A DNA stretch of 63,828 nt, the filler included, from a bacterium (GTDB taxonomy: Bacteria; UBP15; UBA6099; JAJRTR01), in assembly GCA_024278215.1 (NCBI GenBank). It is 3 parts of 3 records of this genome, joined end to end, with 100 filler letters (N's around TTAATTAATTAA, not from the genome) between each part and the next. Parts side by side here need not be neighbours in the genome. Positions count along the whole stretch, not along the records: positions 49,144 to 63,828 come from JAJRTR010000002.1; 2 more parts are not named here. One strand, given 5' to 3'. How positions within the stretch are numbered: the stretch's first letter is position 1; the number at the start of each line of letters is the position of its first letter. Made by a program: the position numbers and the translations under genes. Positions 59,482 through 63,828 of this stretch are shown piece by piece. Under the pieces are notes generated by a model that saw only the letters and a program-made list of their open reading frames with translations, was not told the DNA's origin and searched no databases.

Positions 59482-60420
59482 TCATTCTTTATCAACATTC
59501 CGTTCTTCAACTGTCTCCGTCGACGGGACCAGGTGTTGCTTGAGAAACACAACAGCTTTCTCGCGACCGATGCGCGCCGCTTCCGTGTCGAAATAATCGC
59601 TCATGAACCCATGCACAGCGCCCGCCGCTTCGTAATATTCCACTTCACGGCCCGCATATTTCAGTGCGTCATACATCATGCGGCTCTGCTCGACCGGCAC
59701 CAGCACATCTTTATCTCCGTGCATAATCAGCATCGGAACAGAAGTTCTCACATATTTAATCGGAGAAAAATCGACCATCATTTTCCGAATCTTTTTCTTG
59801 TCTTTGACACCGGTCATTCTCTTAATTTCGTTTTTGAGGAGCATGGCAAGGTTGTTCTTCATCTTCAGGAAATGCGTGGGAGGATAAGCAGCCACCCCGG
59901 CCAGGACGGATGTATCAATACCGTCGGCCTGCGCGCAGTCCGGCTCGAATTCCGCCATACCCGCCGTCATCGCTATCATCGCCGCAAGATACCCGCCGGC
60001 GGATTCGCCCAGCACGCCCACACGGCCTTTCATCATTCCGTAGCCAGGCCCATTTTTTTTCAACCAGCACAGCGCGCATTTCGCATCCTTTATATTGTTC
60101 GGAAAAACACCGCCCTGCTGCAGTAGCCTGTAATCAGCGCTGAACACGATAAAACCGTTTTCGGCGATATACCGGATCAACTGCACCTGCGTCTTCCAAC
60201 TCTTCGTGCCGGCGACGAAACCGCCGCCGTGCAGGTACAGAACACCCGGAAACGGCCCTGCCCCGGCAGGGATATACAGGTCGCCCTTAAGATGGACGCC
60301 GCCGGCCTCGGTGAATTCCATATCTTTCTTTACAGTTATTTCACCGGCCTTTGCCGCCATAGTGCACAGCGCCGCTATGATAATCGCCGCCGCTATGGAT
60401 TTTCTGAAGATTACCGTCAT
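59482..60420 (-). CDS. Secreted alpha/beta hydrolase (HSL-like esterase)
   Basis: Signal peptide, HGGG, GESAG, HGDKD..VP, HGF. Confidence 0.92.
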   Translation of the reverse strand: MTVIFRKSIAAAIIIAALCTMAAKAGEITVKKDMEFTEAGGVHLKGDLYIPAGAGPFPGVLYLHGGGFVAGTKSWKTQVQLIRYIAENGFIVFSADYRLLQQGGVFPNNIKDAKCALCWLKKNGPGYGMMKGRVGVLGESAGGYLAAMIAMTAGMAEFEPDCAQADGIDTSVLAGVAAYPPTHFLKMKNNLAMLLKNEIKRMTGVKDKKKIRKMMVDFSPIKYVRTSVPMLIMHGDKDVLVPVEQSRMMYDALKYAGREVEYYEAAGAVHGFMSDYFDTEAARIGREKAVVFLKQHLVPSTETVEERNVDKE

Positions 60421-60800
60421 AATTTCACCTCATTGAACGGAATTTTTCTGCTACCACACATATTTCACCAAGTGCGGGTGAAAAATCGATCCAACCACAT
60501 TATATCTTAAAATACGAATCTTTTGCGCTTCGAGAGAATCAACATTACTGGGAGCAAGTAATAAAAAAAATCGGGAAAGTCTGGAAAAGAACAACAAAAC
60601 GGTTATAATAATGGATGGTTCCCGTATGTGCAGCATGATAGAAAATCTTATTTGCATCGGAAGCTCATGATGTTATAATGGAAAATATAATACAGACGGA
60701 AAGGTTGTGATTAAGAATTTATACGCTTAACAGCGTTTAAATGATCCCACTTATTCCTCAATTTCCCCTTAGTGTCTAATACGGCACTTTTGGTGGTTCC

Positions 60801-61550
60801 CTACAAGGAACCACCTTTTTTTTGTGTATCTGCGTTTGTGGAAAATCTGTGCGTGATACGGTTGCAGGCCGTGACAAACGCGACTGCGGCGCAGGCGAGA
60901 AGAGCGCGAGCGACACCCACGCCCTGTCGCGCCCGGTGGGCGAAACCACGCACCGAACGCCCGGTGGGCCGGTGCGTCATCTCCACCGGAACTTCGACAA
61001 CCCTGAAACCGCCGCGTGCCGCCTTAATCAACATATCTGTCTCGACACCGAAGTCGCGGCGCAACGGATATACAGCGTTCAGCACTTCACGCCGCATGGC
61101 GCGTTGCCCGGAAAGCGGGGCCGTCACTGTGATGCCGCCCAGTTTTCGCACCCCGAACCGCGCAAGACGCAACACGAGTCCGAACCCGCCGCCGGGCGCT
61201 GAAAACGCACCCACTGCGAGGTCGGCTTCGTCGTCGCGTACAATATCGAGTATCGGTTGCGCCGCCGCCGCCGAGCCGCCAAGATCGGCATCCAGAAACA
61301 TGATGTACCGGCCCCGCGCCGCCGCCAGCCCGGCATTCATCGCGGCACCCTTGCCACGGTTTTTCATTTTACGCACTACCATCGCACCGTGCTCGAGCGC
61401 GATAGACGCAGTTTCGTCCTTCGAGCCGTCGTCTACAACAATTACTTCGTCGCCGAGTTTCAACCGGAACAGCGCGTCGACAGTCGCTCCGATCCGCTCA
61501 GCCTCGTTGTAGGCCGGTATGATAATAGAAACCGTTCCGGGGTTTATCAC
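60801..61550 (-). CDS. GT2 glycosyltransferase
   Basis: IIPAYNE, VVDDGSKD, NRGKGAA, FLDAD, PLSGQR. Confidence 0.92.
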   Translation of the reverse strand: MINPGTVSIIIPAYNEAERIGATVDALFRLKLGDEVIVVDDGSKDETASIALEHGAMVVRKMKNRGKGAAMNAGLAAARGRYIMFLDADLGGSAAAAQPILDIVRDDEADLAVGAFSAPGGGFGLVLRLARFGVRKLGGITVTAPLSGQRAMRREVLNAVYPLRRDFGVETDMLIKAARGGFRVVEVPVEMTHRPTGRSVRGFAHRARQGVGVARALLACAAVAFVTACNRITHRFSTNADTQKKGGSL

Positions 61551-62362
61551 TTCAGGGTGTCGCTCCTTCTCTGGAGATACAATTCACTGAGTTGCGACAC
61601 GGCGTCTACCTGCCCGTTAAGTTTTTCAATATTCTGGAAATAAGGCAACCTGCCCGCCTTGAATATGTTCATATAGGCGCTCTTGCGCCCGTATGCCGCA
61701 TTCAGGACAAGCCCCTCGTTGTTCTCGATAACATTTTCTATCGGCAACACTATCCGCCTCACATCATAGAGGTCGAGATTGCTTCCAAGAATGAAGACAA
61801 TGCCGCCGACAGGTTTTTCGAAGCTGCCGGAAACAAGCGCACCTTCGCTGACGAGATTGTCGGTGAAAGATGTGCCGAAATCCGCGCCGTTAAGCATTTC
61901 CTTTGCAAGGAGCGGCACCGTCAGCCCCGGGTCTTTCCCGAGCAGTTCCTTAAGAACGGCGAGCGATGTATGCACTTTGAAAGATATACGCCCGCCGGAG
62001 GTCTTGAGCCGTCCCAGAAAAGCATCCTCATTCATTGTATCGTCTTTGGGTTCGCCAAGGACAACCACGCCCAGGTCCAGGCCGTCGAGCTTTCCACTGA
62101 GCAGCTTGGGCAACACACTGTCTTCGAGCAACTTCTTATATTTTTCCGTTTCATTAAGTTCGGCTTTGGTTTCCTTCACCTCTTTTCGAATTTCCTTGTA
62201 GTTTTCTTCCAGTTTTTCTATGATCGAATTCTGGCTCTTGATTATGGAACTGATGCCGAAAAAGTTCGTGTTGCTTCCCACAAGGATTCCCACACCCAGC
62301 GCGAGGAATACCGCCGCGAGAGAAACCACATGGTATCTTATATTTATCGGGCCCAATTTCAC
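61547..62362 (-). CDS. MctB/SteB (DUF3186) family protein
   Basis: INIRYHVVSLAAVFLALGVGILVGS signature followed by a coiled coil. Confidence 0.85.
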   Translation of the reverse strand: MKLGPINIRYHVVSLAAVFLALGVGILVGSNTNFFGISSIIKSQNSIIEKLEENYKEIRKEVKETKAELNETEKYKKLLEDSVLPKLLSGKLDGLDLGVVVLGEPKDDTMNEDAFLGRLKTSGGRISFKVHTSLAVLKELLGKDPGLTVPLLAKEMLNGADFGTSFTDNLVSEGALVSGSFEKPVGGIVFILGSNLDLYDVRRIVLPIENVIENNEGLVLNAAYGRKSAYMNIFKAGRLPYFQNIEKLNGQVDAVSQLSELYLQRRSDTLK

Positions 62363-62497
62363 GACCTCCAGTTGTTACTTGATTTTATTCACTCTGTGCA
62401 CCATCAACAAGCTGTGCGCGATCATATCAACAGGTTTCGAGCAGTAAACAGGCGATTTTTCGGTACAGTTTTATTTCCATGTTTATTCCATGCCGGG

Positions 62498-63577
62498 TCA
62501 GTCTCTTAAATAGGTTTTTCTGACCTGAACGCCGAGGCCGGGATGGGTGGGTACTGTGATCATGCCTCTTTCGACAGTAAGACCGCTGGATATAATTTTC
62601 TGGTCGAGTGCGAGGCACGAATCCATGTCGGCGTATTGGACAGCAGGGTGTGAGAGTGCGAGATGCGCTGCCGCCGTGGCGGATATGGGTGTTTCGCCGG
62701 CTGTGCCGATTACTACAATAACGTCTGAAATACGGGCCAGTTCACATATACGCCGCGCCGGCGTGAGGCCACCGCATTTCATGAGCTTGATTTTTACTGC
62801 TCCTATCCCATTTTTTATCAACTCAGCCGTTTCCGACTCGTTTACAGCCGATTCATCCGCCACTACCGGAACCGGGCATTCTTCAGATAATTTCAACAAT
62901 CCGTCGATGTCGTCGCGAGCAACAGGCTGCTCGAAAAGCTGGAGGCTCTTACCCGTTTCCAACATGACTTCTCGCGCGTCTTCTTCAGTATAGCCGCCAC
63001 GCGCGTCAAGCCTGATTGCAATATTTCTTCCGAAATCGCGTTTCAGCGCCCGGATTCGCTCGATATCTTCCGCAGCGTTGCCGCCGACGAGTTTCAAGAC
63101 CGAAAAACCTTTGTTGTATATTTCATTTGCATAAGCGGTGGTTGTCTCGGGGTCGGAAAGTTCGACCGTGCCGGAAGTGGGCATATCGAAGCGGAACGGG
63201 CCGAGAACGGAAACGAGCGCGGCGGCGAGTTGTTTTGCCCAGATATCGTGGAGCGCAATATCTACGGCAGCACGCGCGGCAGGCGCATCGGGGCACATTT
63301 CGCCAACCTCCTCGAACAGTGCGCGCACAGGTCTCATGCCATGTTCCACGAGGTGCGGTTCGATAGTATTCTTTATGGCATCAACGGTTTTTTCGATGTC
63401 TTCGCCCGTGTCGTCGGTGCATGGAGCAGCGCAGCCCCAGCCGCTGTAACCCGTATCTGACGCGATATTTACTATTATCTTTTCACTGGCGGTCTCACCT
63501 TCTTCAGCACTCTTTTCCTTCTTCGGCATATCTACCCTGAAAAGATGCACCGCGTCTATACGTAAAGGTTCAATCAT
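62498..63577 (-). CDS. Enolase-superfamily dipeptide epimerase-like protein
   Basis: AVDIALHD, RLDA, EQP, ADES, KLMKCGG, ADMD; AGGAG RBS. Confidence 0.85.
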   Translation of the reverse strand: MIEPLRIDAVHLFRVDMPKKEKSAEEGETASEKIIVNIASDTGYSGWGCAAPCTDDTGEDIEKTVDAIKNTIEPHLVEHGMRPVRALFEEVGEMCPDAPAARAAVDIALHDIWAKQLAAALVSVLGPFRFDMPTSGTVELSDPETTTAYANEIYNKGFSVLKLVGGNAAEDIERIRALKRDFGRNIAIRLDARGGYTEEDAREVMLETGKSLQLFEQPVARDDIDGLLKLSEECPVPVVADESAVNESETAELIKNGIGAVKIKLMKCGGLTPARRICELARISDVIVVIGTAGETPISATAAAHLALSHPAVQYADMDSCLALDQKIISSGLTVERGMITVPTHPGLGVQVRKTYLRD

Positions 63578-63687
63578 AAGGTTCTCCTGTTGCCGCAACC
63601 TTGACGCTGTTGATTTTTACGTATTTCGGCAGGTTCCGGTCCGTCTCAAGCCCGTTCATATTTTAAGAATATCCGACATTATCAACA

Positions 63688-63828
63688 GAGCCAATTGCAA
63701 AATTATGTTCGTAGCGAGGTCGAGCGAAATTGTTCAGAGCAAGGCGGAGGTGTAAAATCCTCGCAGGCGTACTTGTAGAGTACGTCGAGGACGATTTCGC
63801 GCCGACAACGCAGCTATGGACAATAGCA
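63688..63828 (+). mobile_element. 178-bp MITE, copy 3 (cut by the window end)
   Basis: Near-identical to the first 141 bp of 19660-19837. Confidence 0.88.

Overview
Bacterial genomic DNA, probably from an anaerobic or microaerotolerant diderm (ADP-heptose genes, sigma-28-type promoters; phylum not assignable from this window). It consists of three segments joined by N-padded TTAATTAATTAA linkers at 19120-19219 and 49044-49143, so synteny across the gaps is unproven. Segment 1 (1-19119) holds an O2/ROS-defence island (tpx, rubredoxin-like protein, flavodoxin, ferritin, Ni-CODH cooS, rubrerythrin, ALDH, fprA, cydAB) and a ccsA-sirC-hemA-hemC operon. Segment 2 (19220-49043) holds IS remnants and a 178-bp MITE family, recD2, heptose genes, tig-clpP-clpX, three tRNAs, HU and a candidate sigma-28 sRNA with an exposed anti-Shine-Dalgarno motif. 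It also holds a 9-gene operon with two 2-hydroxyacyl-CoA dehydratase/benzoyl-CoA-reductase-like alpha/beta pairs, two ATP-dependent activases, a truncated acetyl-CoA-synthase-like protein, an SCP2-like protein and a CooC-like ATPase, followed by a GMC oxidoreductase. Segment 3 (49144-63828) is mostly housekeeping (mutS, miaB, hisHAFI, mnmA) plus a secreted Cys-rich repeat protein, an MctB/SteB-GT2 pair and an epimerase lacking its catalytic Lys. The dehydratase/ACS-like/CooC/SCP2 operon is the best candidate for an undescribed system. All calls come from motif recognition by eye; no searches were run.
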